DNA of 64,000 bases from Candidatus Micrarchaeota archaeon (GCA_021792095.1 JAJYVH010000001.1:225584-289583), one strand, 5' to 3'; positions 41,703 through 50,953 are shown, numbered from the stretch's first letter. Numbers and translations are program-made. The notes: generated by a model not told the origin, from the sequence alone.

Positions 41703-42704
41703 ATGCGAGTGCTGTCTATGCAGGAACTCCGCGGCCTGCTGGAGAGCAGCAGGGGCAAGCGCGTCGTGATAACGTTCCACACCATAGGCGACAGGGACGC
41801 GGTTGGTTCCGCCGTGGCTCTCTCCTCGTACTTTACCGACGCTACTGTGGTGACTCCGAATTTCATAACATCGAACGCGAAGCACATGCTTTCCGTGCTC
41901 GGACTTGGTGGCAAGGTCACGGGCAAGCTGCCCGCAGGCGCAGAGCTGGTCATAGTCTGCGACGCCAACAATACCTATGCGCTCGCATCCATGGGGCAGA
42001 AGATAGTGGAGAGAGGAACTGAGCTGTTGTTCATAGACCATCACGCCCTGCATGATAACGGGCCTGCAGGCTCCATCTTCAACGATGAGGGATACAACTC
42101 CACCGCAAGCATAGTCTACGACGTTCTCAAGAGCCTCGGCGCCCAGGTGTCGAAGAAGACGGCGGTGCTGCTGCTCAACGGGATTGTGGCCGATTCCGCT
42201 GACTTGCAGAACGCGTCCTCGCTTACTTTCAGGCAGATAGCGGAGCTCTTGGAGATTGCCGACATGCAATTCTCGTTCGTGGTGCAGCACTTCAAGACAG
42301 AGGTGCCGCTGGCGAACAAGTACAGGGTAATCAAGGACGTGTTTTCGGCCAACGTGGAGACAGTAGGGAAGTACCTGCTCGTGTACGGCACTGCGAGCGA
42401 GCACGCGAACGTGGTCGCTGACGCGGCGCTGCGTCTGGACTGCGACGCCAGCGTCTTCTGGGCTGTGAGCTCCTCGGAGGCGTCCCTGTCAGCGCGCCTC
42501 AGGGCCCAGTGCAGCGACGAACTGCATGTGCACCTGGGCGTGATCATGGAGGGCATAGGCCCTATGCTGGGAGGCGAAGGGGGAGGCCACGCATGCGCAG
42601 CCGGTGCATATGGCCCAAAGAGGGAGAGCGCAACGGAGGCTGGCATGGAGGCTGTAAGGCAGATAAAGGAGAAAATGCTCTCTTCTTCTGGCAAGGTGGC
42701 GTAG
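41703..42704 (+). CDS. DHH/DHHA1-family phosphoesterase (NrnA/RecJ-like)
   Basis: 333 aa. Motifs ITFHTIGDRDAVGS, IVCDAN, FIDHHALH, and DHHA1 GGEGGGHACAAGA. Confidence 0.75.
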   Translation: MRVLSMQELRGLLESSRGKRVVITFHTIGDRDAVGSAVALSSYFTDATVVTPNFITSNAKHMLSVLGLGGKVTGKLPAGAELVIVCDANNTYALASMGQKIVERGTELLFIDHHALHDNGPAGSIFNDEGYNSTASIVYDVLKSLGAQVSKKTAVLLLNGIVADSADLQNASSLTFRQIAELLEIADMQFSFVVQHFKTEVPLANKYRVIKDVFSANVETVGKYLLVYGTASEHANVVADAALRLDCDASVFWAVSSSEASLSARLRAQCSDELHVHLGVIMEGIGPMLGGEGGGHACAAGAYGPKRESATEAGMEAVRQIKEKMLSSSGKVA

Positions 42705-42705
42705 T

Positions 42706-43908
42706 ATGAAAATAGCAATTACATCGGACTTCCACCTGGGCTACGAGAGGTTCAGGAAGGATGCGTTCGAGCAGTGCCAGGAGGCGCTCTCCAAGGCGGC
42801 GGAGGCTGCCGATGCGATAATCATACCCGGCGACATATTCGACATGCGAGCTCCTAAGCCCGACGTGATCGCCGAAGCAATAAACATATTCAGGAACCTC
42901 TCCAAGAGGCAGTGGAAGGCCGCGGCCGTAGAGGTGAGCGCTGCGAATAAAGCGTACACCAACGTTCCAGTGCTCGCGATTCCGGGCACGCACGAGAGGC
43001 GCGCCCAGGGCGCTGAGAACGCAGTCACGCTCCTGGGTCTTGCCGGCCTGCTTGTTGATGTTAGCGACGGCTACGCCGTGCTGGAGAAGGGCAAGGAGCG
43101 GGTCATGGTGTATGGCATAGGCGGCATTTCCGAGGAGCGCTTCGGGGATGTGTTGAAGGGCCTGGACCCGAAGCCGAGGGAGGGCTGCTTCAGCATATTC
43201 ATGTTCCACCAGTCCGTGCACGAGCTGCTCCCGTTCAGCGACGACTTCGTGCACGCCGACGAGTTGCCCCGGGGCTTCGACCTCTACGTGGACGGCCACA
43301 TACACAACAGGGTCGAGATGAAGGCCCACGGCAAGCACCTGCTCATTCCGGGCAGCACTGTGCTCACGCAGCTAAAGGCCATGGAGCAGGAGCCCAAGGG
43401 TTTCTTCGTGTTCGACACCGAAACCGGCGAGTACGAGTTCCATAGTATAAAGTCTCGCGCCTTCGTGGTGGTGCGCGAGGAAGCGGGAGGCAAGAGCGCT
43501 GAGGAGCTCGAGAAGGGTATAAGGAAGGCCATAGACGCGGCGCTATCCGGCCTGAGCGGGGTGCCCATAGTCAGGGTCGAGGTGAGCGGGAAGCTGGACG
43601 GCGGCGCGAGGAGCATAGATGTGGATTATGCTTCCATAGTGAAGGCATACGAGGGCAGGGCGGTGGTAGACATAGCGAAGCCCGGCATAGAGGACGTAGG
43701 GCACGACGCGGACGCCGATTCGCTAAGGAAGGGCGAGCTGGAGAGCATGCCTGTCAAGGACTACGGCCTCGGCCTGTTCCTGGAAAAGCTGAAGGCGAGC
43801 AAGTACAGCCTGCCGATAAGCGCGTCGCAGCTCTTCGAGCTGCTCAGCGCTGACACGAGCAAGGACAAGGCAGTCAAGGCCGCGCTGGAGAAGCTGCTTG
43901 CCGATTGA
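42706..43908 (+). CDS. Mre11/SbcD-family metallophosphoesterase
   Basis: 400 aa. Motifs ITSDFHLG, IIPGDIFD, IPGTHERR (Thr replaces the usual Asn), FMFHQSV, DGHIHNR. No Rad50-like gene is adjacent. Confidence 0.7.
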   Translation: MKIAITSDFHLGYERFRKDAFEQCQEALSKAAEAADAIIIPGDIFDMRAPKPDVIAEAINIFRNLSKRQWKAAAVEVSAANKAYTNVPVLAIPGTHERRAQGAENAVTLLGLAGLLVDVSDGYAVLEKGKERVMVYGIGGISEERFGDVLKGLDPKPREGCFSIFMFHQSVHELLPFSDDFVHADELPRGFDLYVDGHIHNRVEMKAHGKHLLIPGSTVLTQLKAMEQEPKGFFVFDTETGEYEFHSIKSRAFVVVREEAGGKSAEELEKGIRKAIDAALSGLSGVPIVRVEVSGKLDGGARSIDVDYASIVKAYEGRAVVDIAKPGIEDVGHDADADSLRKGELESMPVKDYGLGLFLEKLKASKYSLPISASQLFELLSADTSKDKAVKAALEKLLAD

Positions 43909-43916
43909 GCCGCGGC

Positions 43917-45299
43917 TCACTTGTGCGTCTCCAGGTATTCTGCGTGCTCGAGCAGGGCCTCCAACGAGCTGACCAGCGCTGCAGGCGAATCGTACACGGG
44001 CACGCCCCCGCTCTCGAGCTGCACCTTCTGCGCCTGCGTGTAGCCTACGCCGGTGCTCATCACCACTATCGGCTTGTCAACCACTTCCTTGAGGTGCACT
44101 ATCGCTGCCGAGACAGTAGAGTCGGCGCCAGGCGTCTGGTAGAGCACTATTATCACAAGCATGTCTGTGTTGGGGTCGCCGCTGATCGCGGTTATGGCGT
44201 CCCCGTACCTCTTCTCGTCCGCGTCCCCGGCAAGGTCAAGTGGCATCCTTATGTTGACGAGCTTCGGCATCCTGCCCCTCAGCGCGCGCGAGGTCTTTGC
44301 CGACAGCTCGGCCATTCTCAGGCGCTTGGAAGACGCTATGGCGTCGGCCGTCAGCACCCCCGCCCCTCCGCCGTTGGTCACCACAGCTATCCTGTTGCCC
44401 CTCGGCTCCGTCTCTGAAGCGAATATCTTGGAGAAGTATATCAGTTCGCTCAGGTCGTTCGCTACTGTGAACCCGAACTGCCTGAACATGGCCTCCTGCA
44501 CAGCGTAATCGCCGGCCAGCGCAGCCGTGTGCGAATGCGCAGCGCTGCTCCCCGCGCTGGTCCTGCCCGCCTTGAGCACTATCACCGGCTTCTTCCTGGT
44601 TATCTTCCTCGCCAGCTCCACGAACTCCTTGCCGCGCTTTATGCCCTCTATGTACATCACTATGACCTTCGTCTCCTCGTCGTCCATGAGGTACTGCAGC
44701 AGGTCGACCTCGTCCAGGTCAGCCGCGTTCCCGTAGGAGATGAACTTGGAGAGGCCGAAGCCCTCGCCGGCTATCACATCGAGCACCGTGCTGCCGACAG
44801 CCCCGCTCTGGGATATGAAGCTCACGAAGCCCACCTGCGGCCTTGTGATCTTGTATGTGGGCAGGAAGAGCGTGTCGGTCCTCGACCTGGTGTCCATCAC
44901 TCCGAGGCAGTTCGGACCTATCATCGGCATGCCGTACTTCCTCGCTATCTTGACTATCCTGTCCTGGAGCTCGGTCTCGCCGACCTCGGCGAAGCCTCCG
45001 CTCACCACCACAAGTGACCTCACCTTTGCCTGTCCGCACTCCTCGAGCACCCCCGGCACTATCTGCGCAGGCACTGCTATTACAGCCACGTCCACGGTCT
45101 CCGGTACGTCGAGCACGCTCCTGTACGCCTTTAGCCCGAGCACCGAATCTGCGTTGGGGTTAACAGGGTAGAGCCTGCCTCCGTAGCCCCCGTCTATGTA
45201 GTTCTTCAGTATGACGTTGCCCACCTTGTCCGGGTTCCTTGACGCGCCTATTATGGCCACCGCCTTCGGCTTCAGCAGCGTGTTGAGGTCTGCCTTCAT
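43917..45299 (-). CDS. acdA: acetyl-CoA synthetase (ADP-forming), alpha subunit
   Basis: 460 aa. CoA-binding LLKPKAVAIIGASRNPDKVGNVILKN, ...VVVSGGFAEVG..., ...SQSGAVG..., phosphohistidine-region AAHSHTAALAG. Confidence 0.85.
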   Translation of the reverse strand: MKADLNTLLKPKAVAIIGASRNPDKVGNVILKNYIDGGYGGRLYPVNPNADSVLGLKAYRSVLDVPETVDVAVIAVPAQIVPGVLEECGQAKVRSLVVVSGGFAEVGETELQDRIVKIARKYGMPMIGPNCLGVMDTRSRTDTLFLPTYKITRPQVGFVSFISQSGAVGSTVLDVIAGEGFGLSKFISYGNAADLDEVDLLQYLMDDEETKVIVMYIEGIKRGKEFVELARKITRKKPVIVLKAGRTSAGSSAAHSHTAALAGDYAVQEAMFRQFGFTVANDLSELIYFSKIFASETEPRGNRIAVVTNGGGAGVLTADAIASSKRLRMAELSAKTSRALRGRMPKLVNIRMPLDLAGDADEKRYGDAITAISGDPNTDMLVIIVLYQTPGADSTVSAAIVHLKEVVDKPIVVMSTGVGYTQAQKVQLESGGVPVYDSPAALVSSLEALLEHAEYLETHK

Positions 45300-45913
45300 A
45301 CGAGCACCCTGATGTCGACGGCATCGTACGAGCCGTCGCGCAGTATGACCGGGTTGAGGTCCAGCTCCTTTATCCTGGGGTTGTTGGTCAGCAGCCTGGA
45401 CGCCTGCATAAGAAGCTCCACCAGCATGTCCCTGGACTTGCCGTTGCCCGTAAGTATGTCCTTGGAGCGCAGCCCGTCTATCATCTGCCCCGCGTCGTAT
45501 TTCGTTATGGGGCAGAGGCGGAGCTGCGTGTCCCCGAACGCCTCCACGTATACGCCTCCGAGGCCCAGGAGGAGCACCTTGCCGAACTGCGGGTCGGTGT
45601 TGCCGCCTATTATGGCCTCGACTCCGGGCTTCGCCATCTTCTGCGCTATTATCCTGTACTGCCTTATGCCCCTCCCCTTCCTCTTCAGCTCGCCGAATGC
45701 CCTGCCTATCTCCCCGGCGCCGCTGAGGTTGAGCTTCACCAGGCCCGCCCTGCTCTTGTGGAGCACCTTGTCGGAGAGCAGCTTGAGCGCTATGCTGTCC
45801 CTTCCGGCGAAGGAAACCGCCTGCTCAGCGCTTGAGACGTACCTGCTAGGCACGCTGCGTATCTTGTACTTGTCAAGAATCGCTTTCGCGCGCATGTAGT
45901 CCATCAGGGCCAT
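45296..45913 (-). CDS. acdB: acetyl-CoA synthetase (ADP-forming), beta subunit (ATP-grasp)
   Basis: 205 aa. AKAILDKYKIRSVPSRYVSSAEQAV...IALKLLSDKVLHKSRAGLVKLNL..., ELDLNPV. 4-nt overlap with acdA. Confidence 0.8.
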   Translation of the reverse strand: MALMDYMRAKAILDKYKIRSVPSRYVSSAEQAVSFAGRDSIALKLLSDKVLHKSRAGLVKLNLSGAGEIGRAFGELKRKGRGIRQYRIIAQKMAKPGVEAIIGGNTDPQFGKVLLLGLGGVYVEAFGDTQLRLCPITKYDAGQMIDGLRSKDILTGNGKSRDMLVELLMQASRLLTNNPRIKELDLNPVILRDGSYDAVDIRVLV

Positions 45914-45921
45914 TGAACCAA

Positions 45922-46671
45922 CTATAGCATGCCGTAGTAGTAGGCGATCAGGAGCAGCACCACTATCACCAATATCGCCACGGCGAGGTTGCGCTTGGTG
46001 TGCGGCTTCCCGTGGAGCTTGATCTCCTCACCCATCCGGTTGAGGTCGTTTCCGTTGCCGCTTCCAGGAGCTGCGGCCTCCGCGTGCGGTGGGGCTGGCG
46101 CCTGTCTTGCCGAAGCCCCTGGTGTCTGCGCCTGCTGCGTTTGTGCCTGCTGCTGCCCCTGGGCAGGTGCCTGCACGGGAGCCTGCGTCGGCGCCTTGGC
46201 CTTCAGGAACCCCTGCTCCGTGAGCATGAGCTCCACGCTCCCGCTCTTCAGCTCGTAGCTCACATAGTTCTGTTTGAACAGCTTGTATATCCTGAACGCC
46301 ATGTCCTTCGGCCTTACGTTGAGCGTGCCCTGCAGCTCCGCGGGATACCTCTTGCCCCCCGACATCTGAGCCAGTATCTCCTCATCGAGATGGTCGAGCG
46401 GCTCGGCGCTCTTGGCCTCCGCATCCTCCTTGAGCTTCTTCCCTGCATCGGCTAGCGCTATGCTGTTCGGGCCGGGATAGTAGGCCGTGAAGTCGATGAA
46501 CCCCTTTTGCTTCAGGCCGCCTGTTATGTTGGCCGCGTCGAAGACGCTGGCGTTTATCATGCCCCCGAAGCGCTCCAGCGTGGTGTCTGGGCCTATCTTG
46601 AACAGGCACGCAAGTTCTAGGAAATTCACGTTTTCGGAGTCCGCCGCCATTCTACCGTTTATCCTTACCAT
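45922..46671 (-). CDS. hypothetical tail-anchored membrane protein with a Q/A/P-rich linker
   Basis: 249 aa. Globular N-domain, low-complexity APTQAPVQAPAQGQQQAQTQQAQTPG, and a C-terminal TM LAVAILVIVVLLLIAYYY. Confidence 0.5.
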   Translation of the reverse strand: MVRINGRMAADSENVNFLELACLFKIGPDTTLERFGGMINASVFDAANITGGLKQKGFIDFTAYYPGPNSIALADAGKKLKEDAEAKSAEPLDHLDEEILAQMSGGKRYPAELQGTLNVRPKDMAFRIYKLFKQNYVSYELKSGSVELMLTEQGFLKAKAPTQAPVQAPAQGQQQAQTQQAQTPGASARQAPAPPHAEAAAPGSGNGNDLNRMGEEIKLHGKPHTKRNLAVAILVIVVLLLIAYYYGML

Positions 46672-46679
46672 GTTAAGGA

Positions 46680-47237
46680 TTATAACCCTTGCACGCCGCC
46701 AAGCGCCTCACGCACAGTCCGTATTAGCATAGGGTAATAATCGCGTTGCACATACTTCTTGGAAAGTTCTGGGTCATTTACTTCCTTTTCGAACTTGTCC
46801 AAAGGGATAAACTCTACCGACTCAACCTCGTCCTTTTGCAGCGTCTGCGGCAGAGCGTCGTGCTTTAGCAGGTAGACTCGATAGACGTGCCTGTTATGAT
46901 AGCCTGGTTTTGGGTCAACGCTAACCCTTGACGCCCAAATCTCTTTCAGTTCTTTGGCGTCGGCTTTTATGTTCAGCTCCTCTTCAAGTTCCCTGAGCGC
47001 TGCCTGTATCGGCGTTTCTCCGGCAGACACGTGTCCTGCGGCCGATATGTCCAGGAGTCCGGGGAAGCTTTCTTTTGACATAGAACGTTTTTGCAAAAGT
47101 ATCTCTCCTTTTGAGTCGTATATCCATACGTCTACCGTCTGGTGTCACAGCCCCTCTCTGTGGGCAGCATCCTTAGAAACAGTATACCCGAGCTTGTTGC
47201 CGTGTTCGTCAACAACATCCAACAGTTCGGCTGGCAT
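46680..47237 (-). pseudogene. Nudix hydrolase (IDI-like subfamily pattern) interrupted by an in-frame TGA
   Basis: ATG 47237 opens MPAELLDVVDEHGNKLGYTVSKDAAHREGL-TGA(47145-47147)-HQTVDVWIYDSKGEILLQKRSMSKESFPGLLDISAAGHVSAGETPIQAALRELEEELNI (Nudix box). The TGA sits where this family has Trp (GLWH). The track lists only the downstream 46680..47096 piece. Confidence 0.55.
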
Positions 47238-47288
47238 GTAGGTCAAGTACAATATTAATATTATGCATTTATAGACTTTCAATAAACG

Positions 47289-48548
47289 TTGATTTCTTTG
47301 GAGATCCAGTTCCTAGGCGGCGCAAGCGAGGTGGGCAGGTCCGCCATCCTGCTGGACGGCTCGAAACGCATAATGCTCGACCACGGGGTGAAGCTGGACC
47401 ACAAAACTCAGTATCCGGCCCGCACGGAGCCGGTAGACGCCTGCGTGCTGAGCCACGCACACCTGGACCACAGCGGCAACGTGCCCTTCCTGTATAGGGG
47501 CGCGTTCCCCGTTACTTACGGCACGGAGCCCACCAGGGAGCTCAGCACCCTGCTGATAGAGGACTCGCTCAAGATAGGCAGGAAGGAGCACCTGCCCCCA
47601 AGGTTCTCTAAGCACGACCTGAACAACATGCTGACCCACTATGCTCCCTACGAGTACGGCAGCGAGATAGACCTGGGCGAGTACACTGTAACGCTGCACG
47701 ACGCCGGGCACATAAGCGGCAGCGCCATAACCGAGCTGCGAAGCGGGAAGAGCGGCAAGACAATAGTCTATACTGGCGACTTCAAGCTCGAGCCGCAGCT
47801 GCTCCATGAGGGGGCTGAGATAGTGAGGAGCGACGTGCTAATAACCGAGACCACGTATGCGGGCAGGGAGCACCCGGACAGGGGCGAGCTGATAGGCAGG
47901 TTCGTGGACGAAGTCAAGCAGACCCTGGACGCCGGGGGCATAGCCCTGGTGCCAAGCTTCGCGGTCGGAAGGGCACAGGAGTTGCTCGCAATACTCCACA
48001 GGGCCGGCCTCTCCGATTTCGTGTTCATGGACGGGATGGCCAGGAAGGCCACCGAGATAGTGATGCGCTACGGCAGCTTCATAAGGAACAGTGGCCTGTT
48101 GCGCGACGCGCTGGACAGGATAACGGTGGTGGGCAGCGGCGAGCACAGGCACGACGCGGTGAGCGGCCCCAGCATAATACTTACTACAGCAGGCATGCTG
48201 AACGGCGGCCCTGTGCTGAACTACCTGACGCAGCTCAACCCGCTGTCCAAGATATTCCTGACCGGCTACCAGGTCGAGGGCACGAACGGCAGGAAGCTCA
48301 TGGAAGGCAAGCCGATCTCGCTGGACGGCAGGAAGGAGCGCATAAGGACGCCGTGGGTATACTACGACTTCTCGGCCCATTCGGGCAGCAGGGATCTCAA
48401 CGAGTACATAAGGAAGAGCAATCCCGAGGTGGTGGTCTGCGTGCATGGGGAGAAGCTGAGCGCTGAGGCGTTCGCGGAGCAGCTGAAGGCAGACGGCTTC
48501 AAGACTCACGTGCCCAGGCTGGGGGAAAGCCTCCGGCTAGACGTATGA
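47289..48548 (+). CDS. MBL-fold beta-CASP ribonuclease (aCPSF2-like, no KH domains)
   Basis: 419 aa. LGGASEVGRSA, HAHLDHSGNVP, DAGHISGS, TETTYA..., beta-CASP then ...HSGSRDL..., VHGE. TTG start. Confidence 0.8.
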   Translation: MISLEIQFLGGASEVGRSAILLDGSKRIMLDHGVKLDHKTQYPARTEPVDACVLSHAHLDHSGNVPFLYRGAFPVTYGTEPTRELSTLLIEDSLKIGRKEHLPPRFSKHDLNNMLTHYAPYEYGSEIDLGEYTVTLHDAGHISGSAITELRSGKSGKTIVYTGDFKLEPQLLHEGAEIVRSDVLITETTYAGREHPDRGELIGRFVDEVKQTLDAGGIALVPSFAVGRAQELLAILHRAGLSDFVFMDGMARKATEIVMRYGSFIRNSGLLRDALDRITVVGSGEHRHDAVSGPSIILTTAGMLNGGPVLNYLTQLNPLSKIFLTGYQVEGTNGRKLMEGKPISLDGRKERIRTPWVYYDFSAHSGSRDLNEYIRKSNPEVVVCVHGEKLSAEAFAEQLKADGFKTHVPRLGESLRLDV

Positions 48549-48572
48549 GGAACGGGCAAAGGGTCGTCGGGC

Positions 48573-48869
48573 TTATTCCTTGCCCACGACTTCTATCTTG
48601 CCGTACTTGCCGGTGCTCAGCTGCGGGTTGCCCTTGAACTCGCTCACGTAGCCGTTGGTTATCTTTACCTTGTCGCCAACGCTCACCAGGTCGATGTTCG
48701 CCTCCCAGAGCGAGATGGCAATGCTTCCGGAGTCGTCGCTTATCACGGCATCGGCCACCTTCAGCGGCTTGCCGAACTTCGTCACAACTTCCCTAGGTTC
48801 TCCCTTCTCAGTGATCACGCCTTCAAGTTCTACGCTAGTAGCACCTGCTTTCAGTTCAGAGATCTTCAT
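48573..48869 (-). CDS. single OB-fold nucleic-acid-binding protein (SSB/RPA-like)
   Basis: 98 aa. ISELKAGATSVELEGVITEKGEPREV...KVADAVISDDSGSIAISLWEANIDLVSVGDKVKITNGYVSEFKGNPQLS is a typical OB pattern. Confidence 0.55.
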   Translation of the reverse strand: MKISELKAGATSVELEGVITEKGEPREVVTKFGKPLKVADAVISDDSGSIAISLWEANIDLVSVGDKVKITNGYVSEFKGNPQLSTGKYGKIEVVGKE

Positions 48870-49198
48870 TTCTTCACCGTGAGCTAGATTATACAGGGCA
48901 AGGTATAATAAGGAATGCTCGTTTCCGGGCCAAAATTCCGCTAAAGGCGTAGAATGGCATTGTATGCGTGTAAAGGTCTCAAAACCACAATGCTTTTAAA
49001 GTAATGAATTTCATTAGAAGGTGCGAAGGTTAGTTTATGGTATTTAGATTAAATGTGAAGTTTCAAGCATACAAAGGCAAGAAGGTGTTGGTTATGAGTC
49101 CTCCTAGCGATACCAGTTGCCCAAGATTGCTTGTGTTCGGTTCTGGCACCATTGTCAAGGATGACTTCAATGGTAATGTTGCTTTAAAGAAGCCCCTT

Positions 49199-50239
49199 CT
49201 AGAGAGAATCAGTGCTTTGTGATTCTTTAGAAGCGACGAACTTTTTATACGTGGAATACTCTTCTAAGTGGAAAGGCCACTTTCCAGCAAGCACCCCTGT
49301 AAGCACTGCCTTTTCCACTCTCGGGGCCTCTTTTTCCCAGATTGTGCTCAACATGTCAGGACCCCGCCTGATTAGAGACTCCCCGCTTGTAAAAGCGCAA
49401 ATATGAAACACATCCCAAGTTCCGTTTGTATTTAGAACCAATGGATAGTCGTTTACTATCTCGTGCACGTTTTCAGTCAAAATTTCTTTAGCGAAAGACA
49501 GAGATAGTGCTCCCCATTCTTTGATAGGGATTAAGGTCACACCATACGCTAGCAATACGCCCTTATCAGGTTTCTGAGTAAGTGCAGAAAATTTCTTTAT
49601 AATGCCTGTCTGCCTGAGTTTTTTGACCAAATAGATTATTTTATTAGAGGTTAATTTGGTTTTCTTTGACAGCTCGCTCAGCTTCATTCTGGAATCATTG
49701 TTCAGTGTAGTCAGAATCATCTTTTCGGCTTTAGACAGGACTGCGCTTTCGTTTATCAACTCGCTTCTCAACGGCAAGAAACCGATGTAGCTGTTTGATA
49801 CTGATGCAGTCTTGAATATAGGCGCATAATCCCCTAAGTCAGTGCGCAACTTCCATTGCCAACGCTGGAAGTCCTGCGGGCTAAGCCCTATGACATAAAG
49901 AAGCAGATCAAAATCTCCTTCTGCCAGATACGCATCTTGGACAAACACGTCCTTCTTGAACAGCTCTTCCAAAAACTCGAGTGTCGGCCTTACTTTAAAT
50001 TTCAACGTAACTATCCTTCCTTCAGCAAAACCGAGTTTTGTTTCGTCAAGTTCCAATGTATAAAACAAAGCGTAGTTTTTTTCCAGTTCCTTTATAGTAG
50101 ACTGCACTACGTGATACGATATGCCTAGCTCGTTCCCGAGCTTTCTCAATGATATGCGTGAGTCCTTGTAGAGGGCCATCAGAAGCTTGTACGGGAGCTC
50201 CCTCTCTACGAACTCTTGCGTCTCTTTGGCAGCCGGCAT
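49199..50239 (-). CDS. tandem (duplicated) Lrp/AsnC-type transcriptional regulator
   Basis: 346 aa in a low-GC patch. Two HTH plus effector-domain repeats (LMALYKDSRISLRKLGNELGISYHVVQSTIKELEKN...GDFDLLLYV and ILTTLNNDSRMKLSELSKKTKLTSNKIIYLVKKLRQTGII...). Confidence 0.65.
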   Translation of the reverse strand: MPAAKETQEFVERELPYKLLMALYKDSRISLRKLGNELGISYHVVQSTIKELEKNYALFYTLELDETKLGFAEGRIVTLKFKVRPTLEFLEELFKKDVFVQDAYLAEGDFDLLLYVIGLSPQDFQRWQWKLRTDLGDYAPIFKTASVSNSYIGFLPLRSELINESAVLSKAEKMILTTLNNDSRMKLSELSKKTKLTSNKIIYLVKKLRQTGIIKKFSALTQKPDKGVLLAYGVTLIPIKEWGALSLSFAKEILTENVHEIVNDYPLVLNTNGTWDVFHICAFTSGESLIRRGPDMLSTIWEKEAPRVEKAVLTGVLAGKWPFHLEEYSTYKKFVASKESQSTDSL

Positions 50240-50498
50240 ATCATCAATCTCAAAATCTAAATAATATTGTCATAATTTGAATTATTTATTCAAATACATA
50301 TACTTTTGTTCCCAAACATATAAATACCCCTGGGTGCACATACTATCAATCGTGGGGCGATGAACTCTACGGTTATACTGTCGAGGTGTGCGGGCTTATT
50401 TCTTGAGATACCCACTCCTAACATCCCATCCCACCGCGCACCTCTCTTTTATTTGACAAATAGCGAGCTCTAGCCCCGCTCTCCACAAGGCGCACATT

Positions 50499-50777
50499 AT
50501 GGCCGCGAAACAAAGCATAAGAAGGAAGGCATCAGACGAAAGCTTCATACTGATAAGGCCCGCCTATCCCCAGAATTCGGATACGGTGGCCAAGGCCATA
50601 GCTGCATGCCGGGGCGTAAGGAAAGTGTTCTTCACTAGCGGCGACTACGGCTTCGTGGTGCACACCAGCGGCGGAGTCAAGTACGCCCCTGAGGCGGTGC
50701 ACGATGCGGTGTCGAAGGCGACCCGCGGCTCGGAAACGACACTGATAAAAGGGCATTATGTGTATTCGATCCTGTGA
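50499..50777 (+). CDS. stand-alone Lrp/AsnC ligand-binding (RAM) domain protein
   Basis: 92 aa. FILIRPAYPQNSDTVAKAIAACRGVRKVFFTSGDYGFVVH matches the RAM-domain pattern (..v...g....v...l...p.V.....tG.yd..v). Confidence 0.5.
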   Translation: MAAKQSIRRKASDESFILIRPAYPQNSDTVAKAIAACRGVRKVFFTSGDYGFVVHTSGGVKYAPEAVHDAVSKATRGSETTLIKGHYVYSIL

Positions 50778-50794
50778 TTCGTGGGGTGCAACAA

Positions 50795-50953
50795 ATGGAC
50801 AAGAAGCTTCTATATAGGTTCCTCGGCAGGCATGCGCAGCATGAAGCCTCGCTGCCAGGCAAGGACCAAGACGAGAACAGGAAGGTCGCCTTCGTCCCTG
50901 ACGGCGAGAATTCGTGGCGCGTCGTGTGGGCTGACGAGGTAGTGAAGAAGTAA
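50795..50953 (+). CDS. possible small ORF (52 aa), unassigned
   Basis: Below the ORF-track cutoff. ATG...TAA reads MDKKLLYRFLGRHAQHEASLPGKDQDENRKVAFVPDGENSWRVVWADEVVKK with host-like codons. No homology evidence. Confidence 0.25.
   Translation: MDKKLLYRFLGRHAQHEASLPGKDQDENRKVAFVPDGENSWRVVWADEVVKK

Noticed and set aside
47145-47147. Selenocysteine at the Nudix TGA.
   Set aside because: The aligned family position is Trp, not Cys. Nudix hydrolases are not known selenoproteins, and I saw no SECIS-like hairpin downstream. A nonsense mutation or an assembly error is simpler.
49037-49222. 61-aa + strand ORF in the low-GC patch.
   Set aside because: No motif, and it overlaps the 3' end of the tandem-Lrp gene on the opposite strand. 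It is AT-rich sequence in which random ORFs of this size are expected, so there is insufficient support.
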